A DNA stretch of 64,000 nucleotides from Candidatus Krumholzibacteriia bacterium (GCA_963836185.1 CAWIIQ010000003.1:384001-448000); one strand, 5' to 3'. Counted from the first letter of the stretch, positions 9,883-22,051 are shown. A program made the numbers and translations. The notes: a model not told the origin generated them from the sequence alone.

Positions 9883-12800
9883 TCAATCCTCTTCTGGAAG
9901 CACGCAGCACTCCCGCGTGTCTCCCTGGCCGTAGTGATGGAACAACACCGGGATGACGACCATGTTGAGGATCGTCGCCGTAAACAGCCCGCCCAGTATC
10001 ACGATCGACATCGGCGCCTGGATCTCGTTCCCCGGCCGTCCGGCGGCAAGCGCCAACGGAAGCAGGGCGAGGCCGGTTGTCAGAGCGGTCATCATGATCG
10101 GGCTCAGCCTCTCGAGTGATCCCTTCACGACCGCCTCCTCGCGAGTCAGTCCCTCCTCGGTCATCAGGTAGTTGTAATGCGAGAGCATCATGATCCCGTT
10201 TCGCACCGAGATGCCGAACAGGGTGATGAACCCGACCATCGTCGCGATGTTGAGGACACCGCCGGAGAGGAGGACGGCAAGCAGGCCTCCGATGAGGGCG
10301 AGCGGGAGGTTGACCAGCACGAGGGCCGTATCGCGCAGGTTGCCGAACTCGGAGTAGAGAGCGGCGACTATCAGCACGAATGACAGTATGCTCATCAGGC
10401 CTATGATCCGCGAAGCTTCACGCTCGCTCTCGAACTGCCCGCCTATCTGGAGGAAGTATCCTTCGGGCATCTCGAGCGAGGCATCGAGGGATGAGCGGAT
10501 ATCGTCCACAACAGAGCCCAGGTCCCTGCTCCCGGCGTTCGCCGAGACTACGATCTTGCGCTGCACGTTTTCCCTGCTTATGTAGTTCGGCCCGCGGTCG
10601 ACCTGTATGTCGGTGACCATGTCGAGCGGGACTCGCGCTCCGGTCGGTGTGTCGACGAGCGATGATCTGATCGACTCAAGGTCCTTCCTGAACGGCTCGT
10701 CGTATCTCACCACGAGGTCGTGGCTGTTCTGGCCGTCGAACACCTCCGAGACCGGCATGCCGAGGAAGGCGATATCGACCATCGCGTCGATGTCGGCCAT
10801 AGTCAGGCCGTAGAGTGACATCTTTGACCTGTCGGCGCGGATCCTCACCTGCGGGATATCGATCTGCTGGTCCCCCGACAGGTCCTCGACACCCTCGACC
10901 TCTCTCATGAGTGCCTCTGTCTGTGCGGCCAGGGTGCGCAGCTTCGTCAGGTCGGGGCCGAAGATCTTCACCGCGATGTTCGCCCTCGTACCCGAAAGCA
11001 TGTGGTCGATCCTGTGGCTGATCGGCTGCCCGATGATGAATATCGTTCCTGGAAGGAGCTCGAGCTTTTCGCGGATGCTCTCGAGTATCTCCTCCTTCGA
11101 CGGTTCATCCTCGAGGACTACCTCGAGCTCGTGCGCGTGGGAGCCGAGCGAGTGCTCGTCATACTCGGTGCGCCCTGTCCTTCTCGCTACCGAAGCCACC
11201 CCAGGTGTCTCGAGGAGAAGTTTGTCGGCCATGTCGCCGATCTTGTCCGACTCAACCAGGGCGGTCCCCGGTATCGATGCGACACTGATGTTGAGTGTTC
11301 CCTCGTTGAACTCGGGAAGGAACGACCTGCCGAGGAAGGGGACAGTCGCGATGATCATCAGCACGAGGACCGTCGAGACGATCAGGATATTCCTGCCGTG
11401 CCCGAGGGCTGACGACAGGATCGGCTTATAAATGTTTTTGAGCCATCTGACGACAGGGCTGTCGCTCTTCCCTTTCTTGTTGTTTCTCAGCATGATCGAG
11501 CTCATCGCCGCCGAGACCGTCAGTGCGACGAAGAGGGAGGCGAGCACCGAGATGCTGTATGCGATCCCCAGCGGCTTGAGCATCCTGCCCTCGATACCGC
11601 CGAGGAAGAAGAGGGGGATGAAGACGACGACGAGGATGAAGTTTGCACTTACGAGCGGCGCCTTCACTTCCGACGAAGCGGCGAGGACGACCTCGTAGAA
11701 GGGCCGTTGCGCCCCCGGGCCCCTCGCGTCGTTCTCCCTTATCCGTCTGTACGCGTTTTCGACGTAGATGATCGCATCGTCTACGAGCACGCCGATCGCG
11801 ATCGCCATCCCGCTCAGCGTCATCGTGTTTATCGACTGTCCCAGCAGGTTGAGGATGAGTATCGTGATGACCAGCGAGAGGGGGATCGATATGGCTGATA
11901 TGATAGTGGTGCGGATATTGGCAAGGAAAATGAGAAGCACTATCACGACCAGTATCGCCCCGTCCCGCAGCGCGTACATCACGTTGTCCACGGCACGCCG
12001 TATGAAATCTGCCTGCCTGAATATCTCGGCGTGGACTTCGACGTCTTTCGGGAGCGCCGCGCCGATTTCGACGAGAGCCTCGTCGATCATTCCTGTCAGG
12101 TCGAGCGTATTGGCGTCGGGCTGCTTGCTGATCACGAGCATGACGCCACGGTCACGGTTGATCGCCGCTTCGCCGAGCTTGGTCGCGGGCCCTATCGTTA
12201 CATGGGCAACGTCGCGAAGGAGTACGGGGACGCCCTCTCGCATCGAGAGCACCGTTTTTTCGAGGTCCTCGATATCCCGAAGCCGCCCAAGGCCACGGAT
12301 CAGGTATTCCTGCCCGAGTGTACGAAGAATCCTCCGCTCGCGTTGAGGTTCGATCCCGCTGCCGCGTCGAGCACTTCGGAGAGGCCGGCCCCGAACTTTC
12401 GCAGCAGGTTCGGGTCGACCAGGACCTGGTACTGCTTCACCTCGCCGCCGTAGACCTTGACGCTCGCGACGCCCGGCACCGCCAGCAGGCGCTTGCGGAT
12501 CGTGAAGTCGGCGAGTGTGCGGAGGTCCATCAGCGACGTCTCTTCGGAGGTCAGACCGACGGCCATGATCTCACCCATCAGCGCCGTGACCGGGGCCATA
12601 AGCGGCCGGTCGACTTCGGCTGGTAGCGATCCCTCGAGCGTCTGGAGCTTCTCGCTCACGATCTGTCTCGCCCTGTAGATATCCGTTCCCCAGTCGAACT
12701 CGACATGTACCGTCGAGAATCCCTGGATCGATGTCGATCTTACCCTTCGAACGCCTGACGCTCCGTTGACGGCAGTCTCGACCGGGAAGGTAACGAGCAT

Positions 12801-12986
12801 CTCGACTTCCTCGGGGGCCATGCCGTGGGCCTCCGTGAGGATCGTCACCGTCGGCGCCGTAAGGTCGGGGAAGACGTCGATCGGCATCCTCATCGCTATC
12901 ATCACACCCCCGGCAAGCAGTACGGCCGCGCCGATAAGTACCGCGAGACGGTTTCGAAGGCTTGTCCTAATCATTTGATCAAGCAT
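9883..12986 (-). CDS. czcA: CusA/CzcA heavy-metal RND efflux permease (one frameshift near 12313)
   Basis: PIDVFPDLTAPTV, AIAIGVLVDDAII, ERLSPIMMTAL. Adding one base at 12313-12315 restores SGQEYLIRGLGR. Confidence 0.88.
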
Positions 12987-13000
12987 TTCCGTCCCTCTTT

Positions 13001-14660
13001 CTAGTGTACGTGCGCAGCGCCTGTCTCGCTCTTCGATGAGGCGAGTTTCACGCTGTATGCCCCGCGGGTGACTACCCGCTCACCGGCCTCGAGGCCCTCT
13101 GTTATCTCGACCAGTCCGCCCGAGCGTGCGCCCGTCCTGACTGCTCTCTTCTCGAAGCTCTCGCCGCCATGCTGTACGAATACGTACCTGGCATAGTCCT
13201 CATCGATGATGCTCTTTTCGGGCACCGCGACGGCGGCGATCTCTTCGCTCGTGAATATATCCATCTGGACGACCTGGCCGATCTTCAGCAGGTCATCTGT
13301 GTTCTCTATCTCGAATATCACCGGAATGGTCATGCTGGCGCGGTCGAAGACTCCGCCTTTGCTCAACATCTTCAGGTCCGCTTCGGCGATCCGCATTGCA
13401 ACGTCGATCCCCGGTATGACCAGTTCCGCTCCGCGGGGGGTTCCCATGCGGTAGTAGTCCTTCTCGAACATGTCGGCACGCAGCCATACTACTGCCGGAT
13501 CGACTATCGTCATCAGTTTCTGTCCGGTGGCGACAGACTGGCCCGGCATGACGTCGACCGACGCGACGATACCGGTAGCCGGTGCTTTGAGGACAAGGTG
13601 GACTTCGTCTATTCCCGAGCCGGATGAGGTCTCCACCGAGACTCCCTGAAGTATCGCGGCGAAGCTCGCCTTCTCGACGAGCCAGTTCTTCCGGATCTCA
13701 TCGTATTCGCGCTCCGAGATCGCCTCGCGCGCGATCAGCTTCTCGGCTCTTTCGAACTCCTTCTTTGCGCGGTCGTACGCGGACCGCCGCTCGACCCATG
13801 AGCCTGTTCCCTCGAGAGGGGGGCAGAGGATCAGGATGGGGTCACCGGCCTTGACCCGTTTCCCCGGTACGGCCATATCGCTGTTGTGATCCACCCTGAG
13901 ATACCCTTCGACGGGAGATACTATTTCGGCGTACCCGGACTGGCGGGGCACCACCTCCGCTACGGTCGGCAGGGAGGCCCTCATCATGACCCTGTGGATC
14001 TTTTCGACGAGGAACTCTGTGTTCCACTGCTGCTCCTTGAGAAAGGCGACCGTCTCAGCCTCGCTGCCGTGGTCGTGGGAGTCCTCCTCGACCTCCCCGA
14101 CATGCCCCCCGTCCTCGGCATGCATGTGATCGTCGACGCCTCCATCGATGGATGCGTGGGAATGGTCATGTCCCTCATGGCCGGCATTCGCCTTGAAGGC
14201 GGCGATTCCCTCGTGGGCGGCCTCTTCCTCGGTCGCGAACGCCGTCACGGTCCCAGCCTCGAAGACTGCGCTTGCGTCGCCGTTGTACGAAAAGGCGACC
14301 TCGTAATTCGCCGGGCTCAGGAGCGTCGACCTCGACGATCCAGATGCCGCTGCGCGAAGCATGTTCGGCCGAGCCGGATGCGGCGATCCTGCCGCTTTCT
14401 CTCAGCACGACATTGACTTTACCATCGCCTGCAGGCCTGAAATCCTCAAGGCGTGTCAGGTGGATGAGGAACTCCGTCTTCTCTCCGCGCACCGGCGCGT
14501 GAAATTTGGTGAAGAGTTCGATTCCGCCTTCCCACGCCGTCACGCTTATCGAGTGTTCCTCGCGGGCGTGCCCTTCGTGCCCGTCGGTCTGATTCTCCGC
14601 GGCGCATGACGCCAGTATCAGAACGGCAGCCGGCAGCAGGGCCAGTCTCTTGAGATTCAT
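13001..14660 (-). CDS. czcB: RND periplasmic adaptor (CzcB-like) lipoprotein with His-rich insert (one frameshift near 14305)
   Basis: Lipobox LASC; GLEAGERVVTRGAY and C-terminal HVH. Removing one base at 14305-14306 restores GEYEVAFSY. Confidence 0.82.
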
Positions 14661-15916
14661 GATCCGGTCTCCTCCTTCCGGGCGTTCCCCGGCGCGTAGA
14701 TCTCTCGTTCGGTCAGTCTTTCGAGCTCGAAAACGATGTCGTTATAATCTTCCAGCATGTTGAAATATGATTCGATCCCCTCGGCATATGTTCGTATTCC
14801 CTCGAGAAAATCACCGAGATCGATCCATCCCTCCCTGTACGAAAGGGCGAGATCCTTGACGTGCTCCTCGATGAGCTCGAAGTCCCCGTGATAACGTTTC
14901 AGCAGGCCGGCTTCATCCCGGGCGGCAAGCAGCAATCTCGACAGGTGCCTTTCCCTGGCAGTCTCGTACAGGTCGAGTTCCGCCTGCGCCTTTCTGTGTT
15001 CGGCCGTGGCCCGGTCGATCCCGCCCGAATTACGGTTGAGTAACGGGATAGGCATGGAGAGCCCGATGACGAATCCGGTGAACTGGTCCTCGACATTTTT
15101 GTATCCGCCCGCGACGCTCAGGGAAGGGAAGAGGTTCCCCTTCTCGAGACCGATCTCTTTCTCGAGCGCTTCCGACGTGAGCCGTCGGCTCTCGATGTCG
15201 AATGTCCCGTCTGCCGTCAGGTCGCCGGATGACAACCAGTCGGCGGACAGGTCGAGCTCTGAGACGAGGATGACCGTATCTCCGGGCGGTATCCCCATCG
15301 CGGTCTTCCAGTCATCCATGACCTCACGTCTTTCCAGCCTGGACTCGATCATCCTTGCCCGTACAGCGATCAGGGACATGTCGATCAGCCGTTTCTCCAC
15401 GCCCGATACGGTTCCCTGTTCCTTTCGGTCCGTGATGACCCGTGAGGCGTCACCGATGATCTCCTCGAAGACCTCGAGGATCTCCGCCTCGATGTCGCGG
15501 AGCTTCAGCGTCACATACCCGTGACGCATCCGTGAGATAAGCCGTGATTTCGATGCCTCCCGGCCGAGACGCGAGGATTCGAGGCGGAGGTCTGCTCCGC
15601 TTCTTTTCTTCGCGTACGACCACGGCATCGCGAATTCCTTCTCCAGGGCGATGACCCATTCACGCAGGCTGACATCGCCGTTGCCCACTTCCTCCATCTC
15701 CCAGACGAGCGAAGGGTTCGTCCATCGCAGCGAGAGATCTCTCTCTGCCTGCGCGATGCTCAGTTCACTCTCGAGGATGATAGCGAACGGGCTTCCTGAC
15801 AGCGCCATCCGGGGGATGTCCTCGATGCCGACACGTATCTCGGCGCCGGATGCCGCATGAGACATCAGGGTGAGACAGATGAAGGCGAGGATCGATGATT
15901 TCAGGTTCATTTCCAC
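14657..15916 (-). CDS. czcC: TolC/CzcC outer-membrane efflux protein
   Basis: Signal peptide; PSLSVAGGY...IGLSMPIPLLNRNSGGI; first structural gene of the C-B-A operon. Confidence 0.82.
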   Translation of the reverse strand: MEMNLKSSILAFICLTLMSHAASGAEIRVGIEDIPRMALSGSPFAIILESELSIAQAERDLSLRWTNPSLVWEMEEVGNGDVSLREWVIALEKEFAMPWSYAKKRSGADLRLESSRLGREASKSRLISRMRHGYVTLKLRDIEAEILEVFEEIIGDASRVITDRKEQGTVSGVEKRLIDMSLIAVRARMIESRLERREVMDDWKTAMGIPPGDTVILVSELDLSADWLSSGDLTADGTFDIESRRLTSEALEKEIGLEKGNLFPSLSVAGGYKNVEDQFTGFVIGLSMPIPLLNRNSGGIDRATAEHRKAQAELDLYETARERHLSRLLLAARDEAGLLKRYHGDFELIEEHVKDLALSYREGWIDLGDFLEGIRTYAEGIESYFNMLEDYNDIVFELERLTEREIYAPGNARKEETGS

Positions 15917-16000
15917 TCCATGTGCAGGGCCGCCCGTATATCCGTGAACGGACGCCGGTCTGTAAAGATCAGTCTGAAAAAATAGAGATCAGTTGTGAAG

Positions 16001-16454
16001 TCAGCAGAGAGGGGGGGCTCTTTCGGAGAAGGTGAGCCCGTATCTTTCGAAGGGCGGCGATTCATCGACCGCCGTCAGGCTGGAAGCCAGCTTGAAATCG
16101 GGAGCTTCCCCGCTGGCCGTCTCGGCAAATGCCGATTCATCTGCCGGTGGCGATGAATCTTCGCTTCGGATGAGTCTTTCCATCGTGTGAGTGATGATGG
16201 ATGTCGTGATCGTGATGTTCGTCCCCGCACGTTGAACCGGGCTCAAGGCCGCATTCGTGATCAGCTTCGTGGTCGTGGTGTCCGTTGCCGTGCGGCGTGT
16301 GAGATTCTTCACGGTGCTCGAAGCAGTCCGCGCCGTCACAGTGCTGATGGGTCAGGCAGGCGATCTGGGCGGACGCGAAGGACGCGACTAGAAGTATCGC
16401 GACGAGTATCCCGCCATTCGTGCAGATGCTGCATTTTCTGATCGACCCGATCAT
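16001..16454 (-). CDS. His/Cys-rich leader protein ending RAPP (DUF2946-like), with one frameshift
   Basis: CSIC, hydrophobic helix, His-rich tract. Removing one base at 16177-16179 joins it to ...FSERAPPLC-stop. Confidence 0.65.
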
Positions 16455-16511
16455 TCGTCCTCCAGCCAGCCTGTCATATATGACTTACCGGTAAATATAT
16501 GATAAATATGG

Positions 16512-19469
16512 TCAGTATTCAACCATGATCTCATCGGCGAATATCCATGCCGGGTGCCCCGCGCCGGGGTGCCATTCGGGGCAGACGCCGATGTTTTTTG
16601 CCCTCATCCTTATATACCTCACCCGTTTATTGATTCCCGCCTTCATGAAGTCCCTTGTCACGGAGCCCTCGAGCTCCTGCGGGATGGCATGTGTGAGCAC
16701 GGCCACGGTCTCGTACTTCTTCCCGTCTTTCGAGACGGCGAACTCGACCGACAGGGGCATGAAGATCCACGAACCCGTCTCCTGCAGGAATCCTGCCGCA
16801 ACGCTCTTTACCTTCCGTGTTTTTCCCAGGTCCATGACCGCCTCGAGATCCGTTCCCTGGTATCCCTGCCACATCCCCGTCCTGAAATTGTCGCCGCCGC
16901 GGACCCGGTCGATCAGGGCCATCTCGCCGCCGGCGGTATACATCGAGCTGTACTCAGAGTGGAGCTCGAGTGATATGTCGTCCGGGATCATCTCGAAGCG
17001 GGTGTCGACCACGGGGCTCGGATCCATCCCTTTCTTCAGGGCGACGGTCCTGATCTCCGCGGGCCTGTTGATCCTCAGCGGCCTCGTGTACATGTTCGAC
17101 CTGCGGGAAGGTTCGCTTCCGTCGGTCGTGTACCGGATCTCCGCATCCGGGTCGGCGCATCCCATCGTGACCTCGAGGGAACCGGAGAACGAGTAAGGTG
17201 TGGGATCGAGGAAAGGCGCGGGAAGGACGGGATGGTCGTCTATCCTCGACGGCGGCAGGTCCTCTTTCGCCGTTCCCCAGGATGAGCCCGCCGCAGGGCC
17301 CATCTCGAAAACCAGCTCGCCGCCGCCCATTATATCGTCGTGACGAAGATAGCTCTTCGTGTACGGCCTTCCCTTCCATGTCGCGCGCTGGATATAGACG
17401 TTCTCCCGGGACAGGCCGGAGGCTGTCACCTTGAATCTCTTGCCGTTCTCGAGCCGGATCTCCGCCTGTTCGAAGAGGGGTGACCCGATGATATATATGT
17501 CGGAGCCGGGCGTCACGGGGTAGAACCCGAGCGCGCTGAGGACATACCACGACGACATCTGTCCGCAGTCCTCGTTCCCGCAGAGCCCGTCGGGGGTGTC
17601 GCCGTACATCGTGTCCATGATCTCCCTGACACGCTCCTGCGTCTTACCGGGCTTCCCGGCGAAGTTGTAGAGGTAGGCCATGTGCTGGCTCGGCTCGTTT
17701 CCGTGGGCGTACTGGCCGATCAGCCCGCTCACGTCAGGCTGCTCGATGCCCGATGTTTCCGAAGAGGCCGTGAAGAGCTCATCGAGCCTGGCGGTGAAAG
17801 ACGCGGCGCCGCCCATCATCTCTATCAGTCCCTCGACGTCCTGCGGAACGTAGAAGGTGTACTGCCAGGCGTTCGCTTCGGTGTAGTGGAAGTTGATCTC
17901 GGAGGGGTCGAAGGGAGAGAGCCAGCCCCCGTTTATCCGCGGCCTCATGAATCCGGTCGACGGATCGAAGATGTGCCTGTACCCCTGGGCCCTCCGGATG
18001 AACCTCTCGTAATCCTTCTTCTCGCCGGTCAGCCTGGCGAACTCGGCGATGCACCAGTCATCGTAGGCGTATTCGAGGGTCCGCGACACTGAAGCGCCTT
18101 CGCTGCCCGCGGGGATGAATCCGTACTTCCTGTAATATTTCAGGCCCAGATGGTCCTGGTCGGCGCTGTGCTTCATCGCCTCGAGAGCGCGGGCCGGCTC
18201 GAAGCCCCGTATCCCCTTGATCCACGCGTCGACGATAACCGGTACCGAGTGATATCCGATCATCGTTCCCGTCTCGTTGGCCGAGAGCTCCCATACAGGC
18301 AGCATCCCGCCCTGTTCGTACTGGGTGAGCATCGTCTCGATGAAATCGGCGGTCCGCTCCCGCTCGATGATAGTGAAGAGAGGGTGTGTCGCGCGGTATG
18401 TGTCCCAGAGCGAGAATACGGTGTAGTAGTCGAAGCCCTCCGCCTTGTGAACCTCGAGGTCCCGGCCCCTGTACCTGCCGTCGACGTCGACGTAGAGGTT
18501 GGGGGCGATCAGGCTGTGATAGAGGGAGGTGTAGAAGGTCGTCTTTTGCGCGTCCGTGCCGCCATCGACGAGTATCTTTCCGAGCGCGCCGTTCCAGAGC
18601 GCTTTCGCTTCTGAGCGCAGCCGCTCGAAATCCCAGTGCGGGATCTCAGCCTCGAGGTTCTTTCGCGCTCCATCGATGTCGACAGCCGATATGCCGATCT
18701 TCATCGTCACCTCGACACCATCGGCAGCCGCGCCAAAGGTGAGGAAGGCCTTGATATTCTCACCAGACGCCGATGACGCGCCTTCGAGCGTCCGGTCATT
18801 GAGGGCGACTCCGTATGCGGTAAAGGGCCGTGAGAACTCCGCGGAGAAATAGACATGCTGGTCTTTCGCCCACGCCCGTGAGCGCCTGTACCCCTCGATG
18901 CGCGTATCCCCGACCACGCGGATGGAAGAATCGATCACTCTGTCGCGATGAAGAAGGTCGACGATGATGTTCGCCTTCTCTCCGGCCGGGAATGTGTAGC
19001 GGTGCATCCCGGATCTCGCGGACACCGTCATCTCGGCTTCTATGCTGTAGTCGTCGAGATGGACCGCGTAGTACCCCGGCTCCGCCCTCTCCGTATCGTG
19101 CGTGAAGCGCGATTCGTAACCGCTGCCGGCCTCGTCTCCGATCCCCTGAACGAGCAGCGGCTCTCCCGTCATCGCCATGACGAGGATGTCGCCGTAGTCG
19201 GAGCATCCCGTCCCGCTGAGGTGAGTATGGCTGAATCCGTATACGACATCGTCGGAGTAGTGATACGCGGAGCATCCGTCCCAGCCGGTAAGCCTCGTGT
19301 CGGGGCCGAGCTGTATCATTCCGAATGGCACGGTCGCCGCAGGGAAAGTGTGCCCGTGTCCCCCGGTGCCGATAAGCGGATCGACATGGATGGTGAGATC
19401 CTCTGCTCCGGGTGAGCAGGAGACGATCGACAGCATGACCATCGCCGCGATAAGTGCCGCGCATTTCAT
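16512..19469 (-). CDS. GH92 alpha-mannosidase with C-terminal chitobiase/Fn3-like and F5/8-like domains
   Basis: VDPLIGTGGHGHTFPAATVPFGMIQLGPDT, SLWDTYR, HGNEPS, GNEDCGQMSSWYV, IRYTTDGSEP; lipobox IVSC. Confidence 0.93.
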   Translation of the reverse strand: MKCAALIAAMVMLSIVSCSPGAEDLTIHVDPLIGTGGHGHTFPAATVPFGMIQLGPDTRLTGWDGCSAYHYSDDVVYGFSHTHLSGTGCSDYGDILVMAMTGEPLLVQGIGDEAGSGYESRFTHDTERAEPGYYAVHLDDYSIEAEMTVSARSGMHRYTFPAGEKANIIVDLLHRDRVIDSSIRVVGDTRIEGYRRSRAWAKDQHVYFSAEFSRPFTAYGVALNDRTLEGASSASGENIKAFLTFGAAADGVEVTMKIGISAVDIDGARKNLEAEIPHWDFERLRSEAKALWNGALGKILVDGGTDAQKTTFYTSLYHSLIAPNLYVDVDGRYRGRDLEVHKAEGFDYYTVFSLWDTYRATHPLFTIIERERTADFIETMLTQYEQGGMLPVWELSANETGTMIGYHSVPVIVDAWIKGIRGFEPARALEAMKHSADQDHLGLKYYRKYGFIPAGSEGASVSRTLEYAYDDWCIAEFARLTGEKKDYERFIRRAQGYRHIFDPSTGFMRPRINGGWLSPFDPSEINFHYTEANAWQYTFYVPQDVEGLIEMMGGAASFTARLDELFTASSETSGIEQPDVSGLIGQYAHGNEPSQHMAYLYNFAGKPGKTQERVREIMDTMYGDTPDGLCGNEDCGQMSSWYVLSALGFYPVTPGSDIYIIGSPLFEQAEIRLENGKRFKVTASGLSRENVYIQRATWKGRPYTKSYLRHDDIMGGGELVFEMGPAAGSSWGTAKEDLPPSRIDDHPVLPAPFLDPTPYSFSGSLEVTMGCADPDAEIRYTTDGSEPSRRSNMYTRPLRINRPAEIRTVALKKGMDPSPVVDTRFEMIPDDISLELHSEYSSMYTAGGEMALIDRVRGGDNFRTGMWQGYQGTDLEAVMDLGKTRKVKSVAAGFLQETGSWIFMPLSVEFAVSKDGKKYETVAVLTHAIPQELEGSVTRDFMKAGINKRVRYIRMRAKNIGVCPEWHPGAGHPAWIFADEIMVEY

Positions 19470-19483
19470 CGTGATTTCCTCTT

Positions 19484-22051
19484 TCAGTAAGTATCCCTGA
19501 GAGTCCTGATCCTGATCCTGTCTTTTATCTCTTCGGCCGGAATATCGGTGTCGACAGTTACATTTATCGTCTTGCCGGGGAGGATGTCGAAGAAGTTGTC
19601 GGAGAAATGGCATCCATCGAGTTCCAGGAAGACATTCTTCGCCAGCACATCGGATGTCAGAGCCAGAGCGGTCCCCGAAGCGCCTTGAGATATTTCGAAG
19701 CTGACTTCGGCATCTGGAAGCTTCATCCCTTTTGGATGCTCGAAGTACCGGATCGCGACGGGCGGCTTCTCTCCGGGGCACGTGAATTCGGCCGAAAATA
19801 CCACGGCCATACGGTCAACGCCTGCCAGGATCTGGTCGAGAGGGATGGAGAATATATTTACGCTCGTATTCGCCGGTGCTTTTACCGCTATCGTCCTGTC
19901 CCACAACTCCTCTCCGTCAAACCCGGTGAGTCTCATCGTCATCCAGCCACCGATCTCCTCGAGCCTGTCGGAGACTATGTAGATGTCGAGCATGCCGTCT
20001 TTGATCCCGGTCGATACGAGGACAGGCTCGAACGCTTTCTTCACGGTATAGTGCAGCGCCTTCCACTGGCCCGCGAAATCGATGCTGGACCACGAGACGG
20101 CAGGCCAGCAGTCTCCCAGCTGCCAGTACAGCGTCCCCATGCAGTACGGCATGGCGCGCCTCTGCGCTTCGAACCCGATCCGCATTCCCTCGGCCTGCAG
20201 GAGCTGGCTGACGTAGATGTAGTCCTCGAACTTCTCCGGCACGCGGTACCAGCGCTCCATGTATTCACGGATAAGCTCGTATCCGAGCGGATGCTTCTGA
20301 TGGCTCAGCATGGCCGCGGAGTCGAGGCGCCTCTCATCGGGATCGGTGAACATCTCGATCGTCCTCATCGACGGGAGCGACTGGAAGCCGAACTCGCTCA
20401 TGAACCGGGGTATCTTCTCTTCGAGGATCTCGAACGGCTCAGCATCGTGCCAGACTCCCCAGTAGTGAGCGTCCCCCTCGGTCAGGCTCCGCGGGTCGGC
20501 CCTGCCGTATCTCGGCGAGGAATGGATGTACGGGCGGATCCGCTTGGTTTTATTATTGTCGACCAGGCTGACCCTGCCCGGGAGCACACTGTCGAAAAGT
20601 TTGTTGTACGATTTCCATATCGCTTCTCGCTCCCCGGCCGAATAGTCGTCCTGAAACCCCCAGTTGTGCCACCCTTCGTCGATCTCGTTGTTGCCGCACC
20701 ACAGGGCCAGACATGTATGATTGTATATACGCCTTATGTTGTCCCTGGCCTCGCCCCTGGCGTTTGCTAGAAACTCCTTGTCGCCGGGATACATGGCGCA
20801 GGCATACATGAAGTCCTGCCATACGATGAGGCCGAGCGAATCGCACAGATCGTAAAATATATCTGACTCGTATATTCCACCTCCCCAGACACGGAGCATG
20901 TTCATGTTCGCGTCTTTTGCCGCCGTAAGCATCCTGCGGTAGTCTCCGGGGCCGGGCCGCGGCAGGAAGCTGTCCATCGGGATCCAGTTCGCCCCCTTCA
21001 TGAATACCGGTACACCGTTGATCTTCATGAAAAAAGATTCGCCAGACTCGTCCTTTTCATTGACCAGCTCGATGGTCCTTAACCCGAAGGACAGCTCGGC
21101 TGAATCGATCAGGACATCGTCGAGCCGTGCCTCGATCGTGTATCTCTCCATAGGCTGTTCGCCGAGCCCGGCCGGCCACCAGAACTGCGGGGCGGGGAGC
21201 CGGAATTCAAAAACGGCTGATGTGCTGCTGGGGCGACCTGCCTCGTATCCTAGATGTTTGGGGTATTTGTATCGCAAGCCCCTGATATTATCGATAAGGG
21301 CTATTTCGCCGTCAGCTTCCCGGGAATTGTTCAGGGAGACGTCGACAGCTACTACAGCTCTCTCCCTGGAGAGCGCCATGGTCCTGACGGTGAAGCTTTG
21401 GATATGGAAGCCGGACCAGCCTGTGATCCGCACAGGCTTCCATATTCCGCATGTGACGAATCGCGGCCCCCAGTCCCAGCCGTAGTGATATGCCGCTTTC
21501 CGCGTGAAGACCCTGTCACCGCCGGGGAGGCCGTACCCGAGGGCGGCTCTCTTTTCCGCTTCGATCGGGCCGGGCGGGAGAAATTTTATCTCGAGAGTGT
21601 TCTCGCCTTTTATTAACAGGGATTTGATCCAGACCTTCCACTTGCGGAACATATTATCCGCGGAAAGCAGGTGTTCGCCGTTCAGGGTGATCTCGGCATA
21701 TGTGTCGAGCCCCTCGAATTCGAGGGTGATGCGATCATACTGGAACAGGGAGTCGTCCGCGACGAATGTGCATCTGTAGGCCCATTCCTTTTTCTCGATC
21801 CATTGAAGGCCATTCTCGTTGTTGCCGAAGAAAGGGTCGGGTATGACGCCGCCGGCGAACAGGTCGGTGTGTACGCAGCCGGGCACGGTAGCGGGAAGCC
21901 AGTCATCGTCGCTGCCTGCCTCGCGAAACTGCCAGCCCGAATCGAGCTCGACTACGGTTTTCGGCCTCGGCGCGCTTTTCTGCTGTGAATCGCACGAAGC
22001 GAGAGCTGTGCAGATCATCGATGTTAAGATTATTGCGGCAGCCGTTCTCAT
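19484..22051 (-). CDS. GH2 beta-mannosidase lipoprotein
   Basis: YGWDWGP, KGANWIP, NMLRVWGGGIYE, WCGNNE, RFMSEFGFQS; lipobox LASC. Confidence 0.92.
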   Translation of the reverse strand: MRTAAAIILTSMICTALASCDSQQKSAPRPKTVVELDSGWQFREAGSDDDWLPATVPGCVHTDLFAGGVIPDPFFGNNENGLQWIEKKEWAYRCTFVADDSLFQYDRITLEFEGLDTYAEITLNGEHLLSADNMFRKWKVWIKSLLIKGENTLEIKFLPPGPIEAEKRAALGYGLPGGDRVFTRKAAYHYGWDWGPRFVTCGIWKPVRITGWSGFHIQSFTVRTMALSRERAVVAVDVSLNNSREADGEIALIDNIRGLRYKYPKHLGYEAGRPSSTSAVFEFRLPAPQFWWPAGLGEQPMERYTIEARLDDVLIDSAELSFGLRTIELVNEKDESGESFFMKINGVPVFMKGANWIPMDSFLPRPGPGDYRRMLTAAKDANMNMLRVWGGGIYESDIFYDLCDSLGLIVWQDFMYACAMYPGDKEFLANARGEARDNIRRIYNHTCLALWCGNNEIDEGWHNWGFQDDYSAGEREAIWKSYNKLFDSVLPGRVSLVDNNKTKRIRPYIHSSPRYGRADPRSLTEGDAHYWGVWHDAEPFEILEEKIPRFMSEFGFQSLPSMRTIEMFTDPDERRLDSAAMLSHQKHPLGYELIREYMERWYRVPEKFEDYIYVSQLLQAEGMRIGFEAQRRAMPYCMGTLYWQLGDCWPAVSWSSIDFAGQWKALHYTVKKAFEPVLVSTGIKDGMLDIYIVSDRLEEIGGWMTMRLTGFDGEELWDRTIAVKAPANTSVNIFSIPLDQILAGVDRMAVVFSAEFTCPGEKPPVAIRYFEHPKGMKLPDAEVSFEISQGASGTALALTSDVLAKNVFLELDGCHFSDNFFDILPGKTINVTVDTDIPAEEIKDRIRIRTLRDTY

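Noticed and set aside
12300-12320. Programmed frameshift in czcA or the other split genes
   Set aside because: No slippery heptamer or stimulatory structure seen, and indels occur in unrelated genes.
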